In this document: positions 13,995 to 30,200 of the stretch, piece by piece
Layout: each line of letters opens with the position of its first letter
How positions within the stretch are numbered: the first letter of the stretch is position 1
The notes under the pieces: model-generated
What the model saw: only the letters and a program-made list of their open reading frames with translations
Database searches by the model: none
What the model was told of the DNA's origin: nothing
Program-made: the position numbers and the translations under genes
Source: the human T2T-CHM13v2.0 reference genome, Homo sapiens
Reading direction: 5' to 3' (one strand)
DNA length: 64,000 nucleotides
Assembly (NCBI RefSeq): GCF_009914755.1
Contig: NC_060925.1

Positions 13995-14576
13995 TGTTTC
14001 CTCAAAGACCTAGAGACAGAAATACCATTTGACACAGCAATTCCATGATGGGGTATATACCCGAAGGAAGAGAAATCATCCTATTATAAAGACCCATGCA
14101 GACATATGTTCATTGCAGCACTATTCAAAACAGCAAAGACATGGAATCAACCTAAATGCCCATCAATGATAGACTGGATAAAGAAAATATGGTACATAAA
14201 CACCATGGAATACTATGCAGCCATAAAAAGGAATGCGATCATGTCCTTTGCAGGGACATGGATGGAGCTGGAGGCCATTATCCTTAGCAAACTAATACAG
14301 AAGCAGAAAACCAAATACTGCAAATTTTCACTTATAAGTGGGAGCTAAATGATGAGAACACATGGACACACAGAGGGGAACAACACACACTGGGGCCTAT
14401 GGGAGGGTGGAGGGTAGGAGGAGGGAGAGGATCAGGAAAAATTGCTGATGGGTACTAGGCTTAATACCTGGGCAATGAAATAATGTGTACAACAAACCCA
14501 CATGATGCATGTTTACCTGTGTAATAAACCTGCACATCCTGCATATGTACCCCTGAACTTCAAATAAAAGTTTGAA
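13995..14576 (+). mobile_element. 5'-truncated primate L1PA (ORF2 C-terminus and 3' UTR) with 12-bp TSD
   Basis: Translates to MFIAALFKTAKTWNQPKCPSMIDWIKKIWYI...LISGS (L1 ORF2 end), followed by the 3' UTR and aataaa. TSD aaaaatgccatc at 13983-13994 and 14577-14588, at a TT/AAAAA endonuclease site. Confidence 0.95.
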
Positions 14577-14759
14577 AAAAATGCCATCCTTTCCCCCCCA
14601 TTTGGAACCTCCACCTGTGCAGAATTGATTTGCCACGTTTGTCAGAACCCATGTAAATGTCCATCTGTTTCTGGACTCAGTCCTGCTCCATGAGTCTGTA
14701 AGGATGACAATCGAATCAGGATGGAGCTTGTCAGTAATAAACAGAGAGAGAAGGCAGCT

Positions 14760-15265
14760 TTGATTTCTATGCTGCGTAACAAAGCAGTGAAAGCCTCATG
14801 GCTCAGAACACCGCACATTTATCATCTCACCGTTTCTGTGCAACAAGAGTCACAGTACAGCTTGGCTGTGTTCTTGGCTCAGGATCTCACAAGGCTGCGA
14901 TTAAGGTGTCAGCCGGATCATGTTCCTTTCTGAATTTCAGTATCTTCTTTCAAGCTCTTGAGGTTTTTGGCAGAAGTCAGCTCCTTGTGATAGTAGAACT
15001 AAGATCCTCATTTTCTTGCTGGCTGTCAGCCAGGGTCTGTTCTCAGCTCTTAGAATCTTCTCTGATGCCCTTGCCATGTGGCCTCTCCATCTTCAAAGCC
15101 AGCAGCAAAGACCATCCCTGTTTAATCTCTCTCGTGCTTCACATCTCTTCTGCCAAAAGAACTCTGACCCTTTTTGAGTGCTCATCTGATTAGGTGAGGC
15201 CCATCCAGGGTAATCTCCCTCATGACAGATTTGCCACCTTAACTGCCTCTGCAAACCCCATCCTG
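14760..15265. mobile_element. MaLR MLT1-type LTR
   Basis: tgctgcgtaacaaa...catttatcatctcac..tttctgtg...ggctcaggatctcacaaggctgc..tcaaggtgtcagcc pattern. Confidence 0.75.
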
Positions 15266-15399
15266 TTCCTCTCCCCACTGCTGTGTGTTGGGTGTGTTGG
15301 GAGTGGATGGCTTGTCTTCTGCTGGTCAGTTCCAGACCTGGGAGAGGAGCACTCATTATTGGCTCCTCTGTTATTGGCTCTGAGACAGTGCAATAACAA

Positions 15400-15812
15400 C
15401 ATGGAAATTCATCCTCCCATAGCAATACAATTCCTGGTTGTGAGCTCAGCACATGACTTCCCAGAATAAGCCCCACAACCCAGCCTGCCTTCCAGCTAGT
15501 TGTCACCATGGTGGCAATTTGACTAATTGGAGTGGGAGTGCTATGTATAATTTCTTGACTGTGTTCTTACAGGTGTTCTGACCTTTCTTGTCACTTCTGT
15601 CCTGTGTATTGACATACGATTGTAGTGTTTAATCATCTTGGAGCAGACAGCTGAGGGTCATACCCTAGAGTGCTCAGAACAAAATTGGAGTCTAATTCCT
15701 CAGATGACCTCCTAAAATGGGACCATCATACCAGTGTTGGATTGGATGGCCTCTCCATGTTAGGTGAGGGAGAATGAAAACTTATGTGTTTAAACCACTG
15801 TATATTTGACAT
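15400..15812. mobile_element. Old MLT1-type LTR fragment
   Basis: Ends in gtgagggagaatgaaaacttatgtgtttaaaccactgtatatttg, typical of MLT1 termini. Confidence 0.5.
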
Positions 15813-16021
15813 TTGTCCCTCTCAAATGCTTTCAAACCGAAGCCTAATTAATACTCATGGCAACCAACCTGAATTCAGCTCTCTAATGTTAAACCATCCT
15901 TGCATTCCTCTGATAAATCCAATTTGGTCACGATATTTTGTTTTTAAATTTATATTTGCAGGTTTCACATCGCTGGATTCAATTTTTGGGTATGTTATTT
16001 ATTACTTTTAAGAAATTAATG

Positions 16022-19492
<3,471 letters not shown>

Positions 19493-19884
19493 TGTATTAG
19501 TCTGTTCTCCCATTGCTGTAAAAAAAAAAATCCGAGAATGAGTAATTTATAAAGAAATGAGGTTTGACTGGTTCATGGTTCTGCAAGCTGTACAGGAAGG
19601 GTGGCAGCATCAACCTGGCTTCTGGGGAGGCCTCAGGAAACTTACACACTGGTGGAAGGCAAAGCGGGGAGTGAGCACTTCACACAGCTGGAGCAGGAGG
19701 AGGGGCAGGGAAGTGTCACACACTTTTAAACAACCAGATCTCGCGAGAACTCATGCACTATGCAGTACCTGGCTGGGGGACAATGCTAAACCTTTCACAA
19801 GAACTTACCTCCCACAAGGCCCCACCTCCAACACTGAGGATTACAGTTCAACATGAGATTTGGTGGGGACACAGATCCAAACCA
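19493..19884 (-). mobile_element. Solo MST (MaLR) LTR
   Basis: tgtattagtctgttctc...ttcaacatgagatttggtggggacacagatccaaacca is the reverse complement of an MST LTR. Confidence 0.9.
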
Positions 19885-21663
19885 CTGCCTCGAGTCTCCG
19901 TCCATCCTTACCCCAGGGCCACTTCTCTCTACTCAAGATGGATGCTCAGGTGCACGGCCCAGAGCTCTGCCCACCAAGAGGATGTCCCCGGACCCTGGTG
20001 AACTTCTAGGGCATCTAAGAAGTTAATTTTGACCATTTTATTTGCCAGGATTCTCCTTGCTTTTATGGAGGTGCGTAACATGGGGGTCCTTAATCCGCTA
20101 TTCTGGAAATGCTTCCCTTCAGGAGAGACTTGCAAAAAGGTCAGTCCGGATCAAGACAGATGCGCTTCTTTGTAATATTCCTGTGCTGGTAGGTAGGTTT
20201 GCTATACCCATTCCTTTCACTCAGGCTGTAGCTAGCAGGGACCATGGCTCTGTGCAAAAGTTTCCATTCTGACCCTTGCTTCTTGGGGATCTAAGAGCTT
20301 CATCCCCTGTCCCGGGAACCCATTGCAAGCTCCCTGATATTAAGAGCGGCATCTGGGAACCACCCCCAGGCAACTCCAGCATTAGGTCACCACAATTACT
20401 ATTTTGGGTCATGTTATTCATTTTTGGGCCTCTTGAAATTTCCATTACTCTTTTGCAAGCTCAGCTTTCCATTTAAAGCATGCATATCCTATTTTACCTG
20501 GCATTGCTAAGCTATTTTTTAAAAAAACAGGAGTGACCTCAGGTTATCTTGATCAGAATTCTCCCTGGAAAAAGTTGCTCTCTGTATATTTTAAAACTCA
20601 CAAAAACATGCACATACACAAGTGGCCAAGTGCAACACGCAGAAACAGGAATGTCAGCTATGCTGTGGGCGGTGGGTGGAGGTGCCTCGTATGAAGACAG
20701 GTAAGAGGGTCTGGCCTGGGCTCGGGGGTCTTCAGGTCCACTTCATCCACCTGCAGCCCTCACTGGAGGTGTTTAGTGACACAAGAGTGAGGTGTCTGGG
20801 CTGCCGGCAGCAGGACCAAGGGAGCCTTCTGTTGCCCAGAGCCTCTGCCCTTCCATACCCGGCCTGCCATTCTTAGGCAGTGGTCTGGAACCCCTGGGAC
20901 TATCAGGGCCTTGGGTGACACTTGCAGAGGTGCCCCCTCCAGTACTTGGGGAAAGTGGAAGATCCACATGTCCAAGGTCCAGGACAGCAGGTGCCAGGAG
21001 GAGTGCGAGGAGGAGGGGATGTGCTGGGAGAGGATGGAGGAAGCTGGTGGTCCCGGGAGCAGATCAGTTTGTAAGAGAACTTTCTGGGCTAGGAATGAGG
21101 GTGGGGCTGAAGGGAGAATGGCCAAGGGCTCCCGTGTGAGAAGAAGACGTGCATCTATCCAGTGGGGTTCAAATTTCCCAGGTGGACCAAGGACAGACAG
21201 GTGGGAGAGTGCTTCCAAGGGCTGTGGTTTTCTTAGAAAACGTGTCCGGGGCTTTCGCAGCCGTCAGGATGCACCCATACCCCCTCCCAGCCTGTGAGCC
21301 CCACATCTAGATGTACCTGCGCGACCACAGGGTCCGCTTTCCCTTCTTTCTCTGCTTCCCAAACACTCAATGATTCCATCAGCTGTAGACTTGGCAGCAG
21401 CAGGGCTGGGACTGACCTCCCGGAGTTGGGGCGGGGGTGCCCCTTTATACCGAAATCTAGTTGTTAGAAAGGTTGGTGAGAGCGTGGAGCATGGAACACC
21501 TCTCCCTCCTCTGCATTACTGTAGCGTCCGCGGCTGACCGTCCCCGGCACTTCTCCACGTGCAGGTCCTAAGAGCTTCATGATGCTGTGTCACTTCAACC
21601 TTCCAGCTGCCTGGGCTTCTTTCTCATCATTCTCTCTCCTTTATTAAAAAAAAAAAAAAAAAA

Positions 21664-21782
21664 GAAACTCAGAGAGGCTGAGGGAGCCAGCTGCTTGTGG
21701 CTGCAGAGCCGCTAAGGTGAAGACCTGGGGTTTGAACCTGGACTCTTTATCACCCGAGATTCCATGTTCTTAACCATCACAG
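21664..21782. mobile_element. MIR fragment
   Basis: gaaactcagagaggctgag...gggtttgaacctgg...tgttcttaaccatcac. Confidence 0.65.
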
Positions 21783-21854
21783 TTTATCCCGACCATTCTG
21801 TTTTGAAGGGGGAGCTCCAGGCATCCAGCGAGCCAGCAGCGAGGACCTGTGGGG

Positions 21855-24800
21855 GATCTTCCTGAGTCAGGCTCCCCGGACATGGGAATCTGGGTGTGTG
21901 TCATTCCTCTGGGAAGGGCTCATCAGGAAAAGCCTCTGAGGGCCATGGTGAAGCAGAGTAGGGGAGGATCAAGAGCCAATCGGCAGGTCTCAGAGTGTCT
22001 CTGGAACATGAACTGCACTGCAGAGAAAAAAATTGATCGGTCTGTGCCTGGACAGCCAATCACTGGCCAGGAGCCTCTCCAGGGGGTTGACCACGTCCTG
22101 GGCAAGATGGCTCAGGTTGGTAGAAAGCCGTTCTCCCATGACAGGGGATGCAAGCCATTTGCACCCTTCACGCCAGCAGCCTAGAGGTGGAGTCACTGAG
22201 CCTGTGAAGGGGATCTTGAGGGGCCCCAATGGCACCTGTGACAATCTGCCCCTGGCCAGCCCACAGTCTCTTGCTGCTCACAGATCAGTGAGTTCACCAC
22301 AGCCGCGCAAGGCACAGGCTCTCCACGGTCCTGCAGCCTCAGTTCCTGGGAAGCTCACAAGCAGGGGGCTGGCGTGTGAACTCCGGTCCCGCTGTGGTCT
22401 CCAGGCCGTAACTGACCCTCACCCACCCCTTGACCTGCTGGGCACTCTAGGCTGCCTCCGCCTGGTCCAGCAGGCCTGGCTGGCGAGGGATCCACCAGGA
22501 GTCTGAGCCCCGGCTGCCATGCTGTAACAAGGCAGTGGTTAGTGGACTTGCTGGGCACTGGGGCAGCAAGAGGTGTCCCGTGGGTCACATGGATGCCAGG
22601 CGTGTCCCCACCCTGTCCTGGAGCAGCAGCCCTGGCCCCACCCCCACCCCTCAGGATCGGGGCCAGCGACCCCTGCCAGGACTCTCTGTGCCTGGCACGA
22701 ACGAGGCAACAGTGACCAGATGGTGCTGCCTTCTCAATCCAGGGGAACTAGTTCTGCGACCCCGGTGGAAATGTACCCTTCTGGCAGCCACAGAGTCACA
22801 GGGTGAGGGCGGCAAACCCATGTTCCCACAGTAAGCCACGTGGAACGACGACGAGGGGACCCCCTATGTGTCCACTCCGTAGCTCCCAGATCCATGCATT
22901 CTGCCTGTCATGGACACGGCACCGTGTCATCGTCACTGGCTCAAGAAATAGCCTGCAAACTAAAGGACAGCGCCCACCTTCTCGGACGTCCACATTCTCG
23001 GACGCCCACATTCTCGGACGCCCACATTCTCGGGGGCGCCCACATTCTCGGACGCCCACACTCTCGGACGCCCACACTCTCGGGCGCCCACACTCTCGGG
23101 CACCCACACTCTCGGGCGCCCACACTCTTGGACGTCCACACTCTTGGATGCCCACACTCTCGGGCGCCCACACTCTCGGGCGCCCACACTCTTGGACGTC
23201 CACATTCTCGGACACCCACATTCTCGGATGCCCACATTCTCAGACGTCATCTCTGAGCCAAGTCTGGGCTGCTTTTGGGAGGATACTCCGTCCCTGTTGG
23301 CTCAGCCATTTCTGGAGGGAGGTCCATGGTGGGTCCAGGAGATCCATGGACTGTGTGCCCCAGCTCCTTCCTCTGACACCGAGGGGTCCTGTGGTCTGCA
23401 GCCATGTGGCCGGGGACCCTCTGTTAGTGAATCTGGGCTCTTGGCTGTGGTGCATGAGGAAAAGCAAACCCTCACCTGGCACAGGCACCGATCCCAGTCC
23501 CGACGGGCCCCTGTCCTCTCCAGCGTGGAGTGGTTCTTTGTAACCGGCTTGCCACCAAAGGGCTGGTTGGTGTCTTTGAGGGACGATGTCAGGACTTGAG
23601 CTGCGGTCAGTTTCTGATACAGCGGTGACAGTGATCACAATAGCCTCGATGAGAAGCCTGTGCCATTGAGAGGACACATGGCTTCAGACCCTGTTACCAC
23701 GCCTACTTCCACCACAAGTGCATCGCCCCAACCCTGCAGTGGCCCCGGACAGAGGCTGCCTGACACCTGGCAGAGTTGCCCTGCCCACACGGTCATCCTG
23801 GGCCTCTTCCACACAATGCTCCCTGGCGCTTGGGGATGTGGGACACAGAGACCTCCCCGTCCTCCAAACCTCACGCTGAGGCATTCACCACTGGGCTGAC
23901 TCTGCGTCCATCCTTACCCCGGGCCACTTCTCCCCACTGACAGGGGATGTCCAGGTGCACGGCCCAGACCTCCGCCCACCCAGAGGATGTCCCCTGACAC
24001 TGGCTTTCAGGTTGGCCTCTGCGGGGCAGTCACACAGCAGCAGCCCCTTTCTGGCTTGCCCTGAGAGCTGAGCCGAGCATCTGAAAGTCAAGACTGCTTC
24101 TTCCTCTTTTACCCACTGGTCAGAAAGACCCCCGACGAAGCCAGGGGTGTGAGTTGGGGGAGAGACGTTGGTGCGTGGTGGCAGAGGACATGGAGGTGGG
24201 TTTCCTGTTTGTGGAGCCTCCTCATGCCCCCTGGACCTGCCTGGGCCTGGTCACAGACGACCCCGTCGGCGAGGGTGGATGGCCACTGCATCGTCCAGCC
24301 TTGTCACTCGGGCCTGGCGGTGCACAGCTCTCGCTGGGTGAGACTGGCTCCATGGTCAGCTGGTGTCCCCTGGCCAGAGGCTCCCTGCCTGCTGAGGTGC
24401 AGTAGCTCGTTGGGGACTGTTCTGGAAAATGGTCCGTTCTCTCCTGCAGAGAGCAATAACAGAGGCTTGCTCCCCAGCTCCGGGGTCTGCACGGCTGCTG
24501 TCTTGGGGGGCATCGTGCTCCACCACATGGGGTCTCCCAGGCTGTAGGGCCTAAGAGGCAGAGCTGCTTATACACAGCCTGGTCCAGTTGCAGAGCCCGC
24601 TGGGGCCTGGGCCTGCGGAAGAGGAACTGCCGGGTTGCACCTGACGAACGGCTGGATCAGGGTGCCAAGCACAGGCCGTGCTGCCTCCACAGCTGCAGGG
24701 GCCTCGGGATGTCGTGATTCTTTCTCAGTGGCAGGAATCCAGTCCACAACAGCCACCTCTGGAGGGGGCATGTCCCCCACCCTGAGCCCCCTCCAGGTCC

Positions 24801-26053
24801 CCAGCTCCAACTGCATGCTGGCTCCAGTGTATGGGGCTGCCGTCGGGGTCTGGGCCATGTCCAGGTGGTTCCAATGCCTCCCTTCCTTCTCATTATTGTC
24901 AAAACGGGAGGATCCACACAGCCCCGGGGTGAGGCCGGGGGTGCTCACGGGGGCCAAGCCACGTGCATGTGGATGCCTTCTGAGCCTCACCGTGGGACAG
25001 ACGTGGAAAAGGATCTGCTTGCAGATGGGCCGCCACAAAGCTTGTAGCCAAGGCTGTGTGTGTGCTCGAGTGCGACGCTCCCTCTGGCCTCGGCTGCAGC
25101 TGTGCTGTTTCTCAGCTGTGACTGTGGCCGGCTCACCATGACCACAGCTCCTCCAGCATCCCAGGGGCCACGCTGGTGACTTAGATAGTGCTGTGACAGG
25201 GCTTGAGCGGGGGGTCCTGCACCCTGTTCCTGAACTGGAATGGACAAACTCAAGAACTGGCAAAACCCTCACCCTGGTCCCTCAGCTGGCAGAGGGTGAT
25301 CTATTTTAGCAGGAACGGCCACGTGGAGGCCATCGAAATTGCCCTCAGGCCTGCCCGGCCCAGAGAGCAAAGTGAAAACAGTAGAAAAGGCTGTGGGGAA
25401 TGGTGGGAATTAGAGCCGCTTCCAAAAACTCGAAGGATGCAGGAGGCTGTTAGCAGTGAGTGGCAGCCCCTTGCAGGTTGAGCCCTGTGCATCACCAGGG
25501 AACACAGAGTGCCGAGCAGTGCAGCCAGTTGGCCACATGAAGGTGCCTGAGGGGGTGTCTAACCTGGAAGTCTCACCCCAGGACTCGCCCTGTGGAGCTG
25601 GGGACACCACGTGCCAGGATGTCCCATGCACCGGTGCCACTGCAGCCTTGGTTACCATTCTTGTAGCAGGTGAAACCGGTCACCGCAGTGAATTCCACAC
25701 ACAGAAAGCCATGCAGTCACCGTCATACTGCCAGGGCTGTTGTGGGCCCTGGGAGGCAGGAGTCCACAGAAGCGATTTCATGTTGGGACGTGCCCTGTGC
25801 CCGCTCCGGCTCAGCCTGGCTCTCAGGCTGTGGGGAGAGGTCCCCAAAGGCTCACAAGCCCTGCTCCTGCCCACCAGACTGAGCCCAAGCCAGGGCTCAG
25901 GGACCTCTTGACAGAGCTGATTGGCAGGCACAGACAGATCCCCTGGGACTGAGGCTTTTCTCTGGAGCCTCCCACATTCTGGGGGCGAGGACCCCAGCTG
26001 TGGCTGCATCCACAGGCACCAGGGGAAGGGACTGGCACCAAGGCACCTGTGCA
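21855..26053 (-). mobile_element. Decayed ERVL (class III) provirus with probable LTR16-type LTRs: pol (RT/RNase H/integrase) and dUTPase remnants, no gag recognised
   Basis: Minus-strand translations resemble HERV-L pol: DIVPQRHQPALWWQAGYKEPL (integrase, cf. TIPRGDQPATWWQVDYIGPL), CDQAQAGPGGMRRLHKQ, EKWPGVRMD (RNase H). Both putative LTRs end in ggcacctgtg(a)ca (22243, 26053), and a PPT-like sequence abuts the left LTR. Confidence 0.75.
22971..23244. repeat. CpG-rich VNTR, 17 x 16 bp (CGCCCACA[C/T]TCTCGG[A/G])
   Basis: Units counted directly; one unit is 18 bp. Confidence 0.95.
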
Positions 26054-27341
26054 GAAAGTGTGGGGCCCCCCACCGAGCAGGGCTGCCTCCAGCTGGGGTT
26101 GCGTGGCACTTCCCCAGCAGGAACCTCTCTCATGTACCAGGTCAAGGCTGGTTGAGAAACATAGAGCCAGGGCTTGGGATGAGCCTAGAACCAGGAAGGG
26201 CTGACAGCGCTCCTCCACAAGGCTTTGCCTGGGTGTTCCCTCCCTGTGCAGGAATGCGCTGCTTCCTGGTCTCCCATGGCATCCTCCACCTGCCCACCCC
26301 GTTTAACTCGCCCTCAGCTCAGTCTGTCTCCCGATCTTTTCATTTTCTTCATGGGGCATATCCCACTTCAGCACTGTCTTGTTTTGAATTTGCTGACACC
26401 TGCCTCACCCCACCCCCGGCCCCTGCTCTCGACTGCAAGCCAATGATGTGAAGGGTGTCCTGACCTCATCCCCAGCATCTCAGAGCCTGCACAGAGACTC
26501 AGACACACCAGGTATGGTGTCCAGTGGTGGGATGGTAGCTCAAACCTGGGATGGAGGATGGAAGAGCGGGTGGGGAGGGAGCTATGAGGGTGCAGGGGCA
26601 CCTGGGACAAGGTGGGGACCTTGGCCTCATCCATACTAAATCATTTAAGCAGCATCCTCAAAGATTCAGCCACTGGAGGAAACAGCCAGGGAAGGGGATT
26701 TTGTGCTTCATCTCCTGTTTTGCTGAGCAAATGAGAACCACTGCTCTCCCCACAGCATGGCAGACCCCTGCTCCAGGGCCTGCACCTTCCTTCCCCCTGC
26801 GCTGGGCTCTTCTGGCTAAATGATCTCGCTGATACCTTGGGAACTGGGTGATAAAGCTCGTGCCTGAGTAATTTCTACCTCCAGGCTCTCCTGAGAATCA
26901 CAGTAAAATGTGGATGTTTCCAGGTTCTGCCAACACGTTTTCCAGTCGGCCGTCTCTTGGGAGTCTGGGCAGGCAGGGCAGGGGAGGGGAGTGAGAGAAG
27001 GAGTCAGCCTCCATTTTTAGGTTGAATTCCCTTTTGGAAGGCGCCCTGTCTGTCTTTGGCAAGGATGCAGAGAGGGGTGGAGCACAACCCCCGCAGGGCA
27101 GCTCAGCCAGCATCTCCCCAAGCACTTCCTTGAGTATTTCCTTCAACCCTGGGCAGGTAGGGGCAGCCACAACTCCATTCGGATTAGTTTGATCAAATGT
27201 TTCTCTGTATTTAAAGGCCCATATTTGGAAAACTCCAACTCTGTGCATACCAATCACTGTATACTTAAGAGATAGCAATTTACCAGTGGAAGTCTGGCCA
27301 CATAGGTAGGGTGGACAAGCTGAGCAATACTGGCTGCCCAG

Positions 27342-29851
27342 TGATATAGTTTGAATGCATGTCCCTGCCCAAATCTCATGTTGAAATGTAATCCTCAATC
27401 TTAGAGGTGGGGCCTGGTGGGAGGTGTTTAGATCATCCGGGTGGATCTTTCAATAATAGCCTGGGCCATCCCCTGGGTGATGAATGAGCTCTTGTTCTGA
27501 GTTCACATGAGATCTGGTTGTTTAAGAGCATGTGGCACCTCTCCCCATAATACTCTGTCTCTTGCTCCTGCTCTGGTCATGTGACATGCCTACTCCCCCT
27601 TTACCTTCCACCATGACTGTAAGCTTCCTGAGGCCTCCTTAGAAGCCAAGCAGATGCCAGCATCAGGCTTCCTGTAAATCCTGCAGAACCATGAGCCAAT
27701 TAAACCTCTTTTCTTTAGAAATTATCTGGTCTCAGGTATTTCTTTATAGCAATGCAAAACCTGCCTAATATAGAAAATTGGTGCCAGGAGTTGGGTATTG
27801 CTATAAAGATACCAGAAAATGTGGAAGCAACTTTGGAACTGAGTAATGGGGACAAGTTGAAAGAGTTTTGAGGGCTCAGAAGAAGACAGGAAGATGAAAG
27901 AAAGTTTGGAACTTCTTAGAGACTGGTAAAATGGTTGTGACCACAATGCTGATAGCAGTATGAGCACTGAAGTCTAGGCTGCTAAGGTCTCAGATGGAAA
28001 TGAGAAACGTATTGGGAAATGGAGCAAAGATTACACGTTATGTCTTAGCTAAGAGCTTGGTTGCTGCCTTCTGTTCTGCCCTAGGGATCTGTAGAAGTTT
28101 GAACTTCATAGTAATGATTTAGTGGATCTGGCAGGATAAATTTCTAAGCAGTAAAATGCTTGAGATGTAGCCTGGCTACTTCTATCAGCCTATGCTCAGA
28201 TGCAGAAGCAAAGGAGTAACTTAAAGATGGGACTTATATTTAAAAGGTAAACAGAGCATAAAAATTTGGAAAATTTTCAGCCTGACCATGTGGCAAATAA
28301 AAAAACCAAAAAAAAAAAAAAAAAAGCTTTTTCAACAGAAGAATTCAAGTAGGCTGCAGAGCAACCACTTGCTAGGGAAATTTGCATGAATAAAAAGGAG
28401 CCAAGTGCTAATATCCAAGACAATGGGAGAAAGGCCTTGAGGGCATTTCAGAGATCTTCCTGGTCTCTACTCCCATCACAGGCCCTGAGGCCTATGAGGA
28501 CTAAATGATTTTGTGGGTCAGGCCCAGGGCCCCGCTACCCTGTGCAGCCTCAGGACACTGCTTTCTGCATCTTGGCAGCTCTGGGTACAGCCTGGGCTCA
28601 AAGGGGCCCAGGTATAGCTCAGGCTGCAGCTCCAGAGGGTGCAAGCCATAAGCCTTCCACATGGTGTTAAGCCTGCAGGTGCACAGAGTGCAAGAGTTGA
28701 GGCTTGGAAGCCTAGATTTCAGAGGATGTATGGAAAAGCCTGGATGTCCATGCAGAAGCCTGCTGCAGGGGTGGAGCCCTCACAGAGAACGTCTACTAGG
28801 GCAGTGCTAAGGGGAAATCTGGGGTTGGAGCTGCCACACAGAGTCTCTAATGGGGCAGTACTTAGTGGAGCTGTGAGAAGGGAACCATCCTCTTCCAGAC
28901 CCTAGAGTGGTAGAGCCACTGACAGCTTGCCTCCTACACCTAGAAAAGCCACAGACACTCAACGACCTGTGCAAGCAGCTGTGGGGGTTGTACCTTGCAA
29001 AGCCACAGGGGTGGAGCTCCCCAGGGCCTTAAGAGCCCACCCCTTGCACAGTGTGTCCTCAATGTGGGACATGGAGTCAAAGGAGATTATTTTGTAGTAT
29101 TAAGATTTAATGACTGCCCTTCTGGGTTTCAACTTTCACGGGGACTGTAATCCCTTTCTTTTGGTCAGTTTTTCTCCTTTTTGGAATAGGAACATTTATC
29201 CAGTTCCTCTGCCTCTATTGTATTCTGGAAGTAAATACCTTGTTTTGATTTTACACACTAATAGGTAGAAGGAAAAAACATCTCTAGATAAGAGTTTGGA
29301 CTTGGGACTTGAACTTTTCAGTTAACACCGGAAATTAGAGTCAAGACTTTGGGGGACTGTTTGTAAGGCATGATTATATTTTGCAATGTGAGAAGGGCAT
29401 GAGATTGTGGAGGGGTCAGGGGTGGACTTACATAGTTTAAATTTAAGGCCCCACCCAAATCTCATGTTGAAATGTAATCCCCAGTCTTGGAGGTGGGGCC
29501 TGATGGGTGGTGATTGGGTCATGGAGGAGGATCCCTCATGAATGCCTTGGACCATCCCTTTGGTGATGAGTGAGCTCTTGCTTTGAGTTCACATGAGATC
29601 TGGTCATTTCAGAGTGTGTGGCACCCCTCCAGCCCCTCACTTTCTCCTGCTTTCACCATGTGCCATGCCTGCTCCCCCTTTGCCCTCTGCCATGATTGTA
29701 AGCTTCCTGAGGTCTTCCCAGAAACTGAGAAGATGCCAGCACCATGCTTCCTGTAAAGTCTGCAGAGCCATGAATGAGTTAAACCTCTTTTCTTTATAAA
29801 TTACCCAGTCTTGAGTATTTCTTTATAGCAATGCAAGAATGGCCTAAGACA
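27342..29851 (+). mobile_element. Complete MST (MaLR) element: 5' LTR 27342-27772, internal 27773-29427, 3' LTR 29428-29851
   Basis: Two homologous LTRs (...cccaaatctcatgttgaaatgtaatc...tttctttatagcaatgcaa), internal start gaaaattggtgccagga, purine tract before the 3' LTR, 5-bp TSD CCCAG (27337-27341, 29852-29856). Confidence 0.93.
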
Positions 29852-29930
29852 CCCAGTTAAATTTGAATTTCAGATGAACAAGGAGAAATATGCTATATAG
29901 ACATGTCCCACGGAATCAGGCAAGCCCATG
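29852..29930. mobile_element. MER53-like DNA-transposon remnant, interrupted by the MST element (left part about 27307-27341)
   Basis: Rejoined sequence tagggt...tgcccagttaaatttgaatttcagatgaacaa...atgtccca resembles MER53. Confidence 0.65.
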
Positions 29931-29959
29931 TGGGGCAGGCTCAGGACTGTGCACCAGGC

Positions 29960-30200
29960 TGGCTCTCTGCTCGCCCACACTTCCTGGTTTCTACACAGGT
30001 GGGTTTGGCCATGTGACTCGTCCTGATGAGGTGTGAGCAGAAGTGACATGTGTCACTTAAGCAGAGGCAGGATCCTCCCACATCTGTCTCATGGACAACA
30101 CAATGGTACCCATCCCCTGGACTCTGAGTGACTGCGTGGAGCCGAGTGTGCAGACTCAGAAGGAGGAGGTATGTCCTGGCCCAGCCTTCCATGCCCACCT
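29960..30200. mobile_element. MLT1-type LTR fragment
   Basis: ggccatgtgact...gtgagcagaagtgacatgtgtcactt motif. Confidence 0.6.

Noticed and set aside
14106-14348. 80-aa ORF with real protein similarity
   Set aside because: C-terminal remnant of L1 ORF2 in a truncated insertion, not a host gene.
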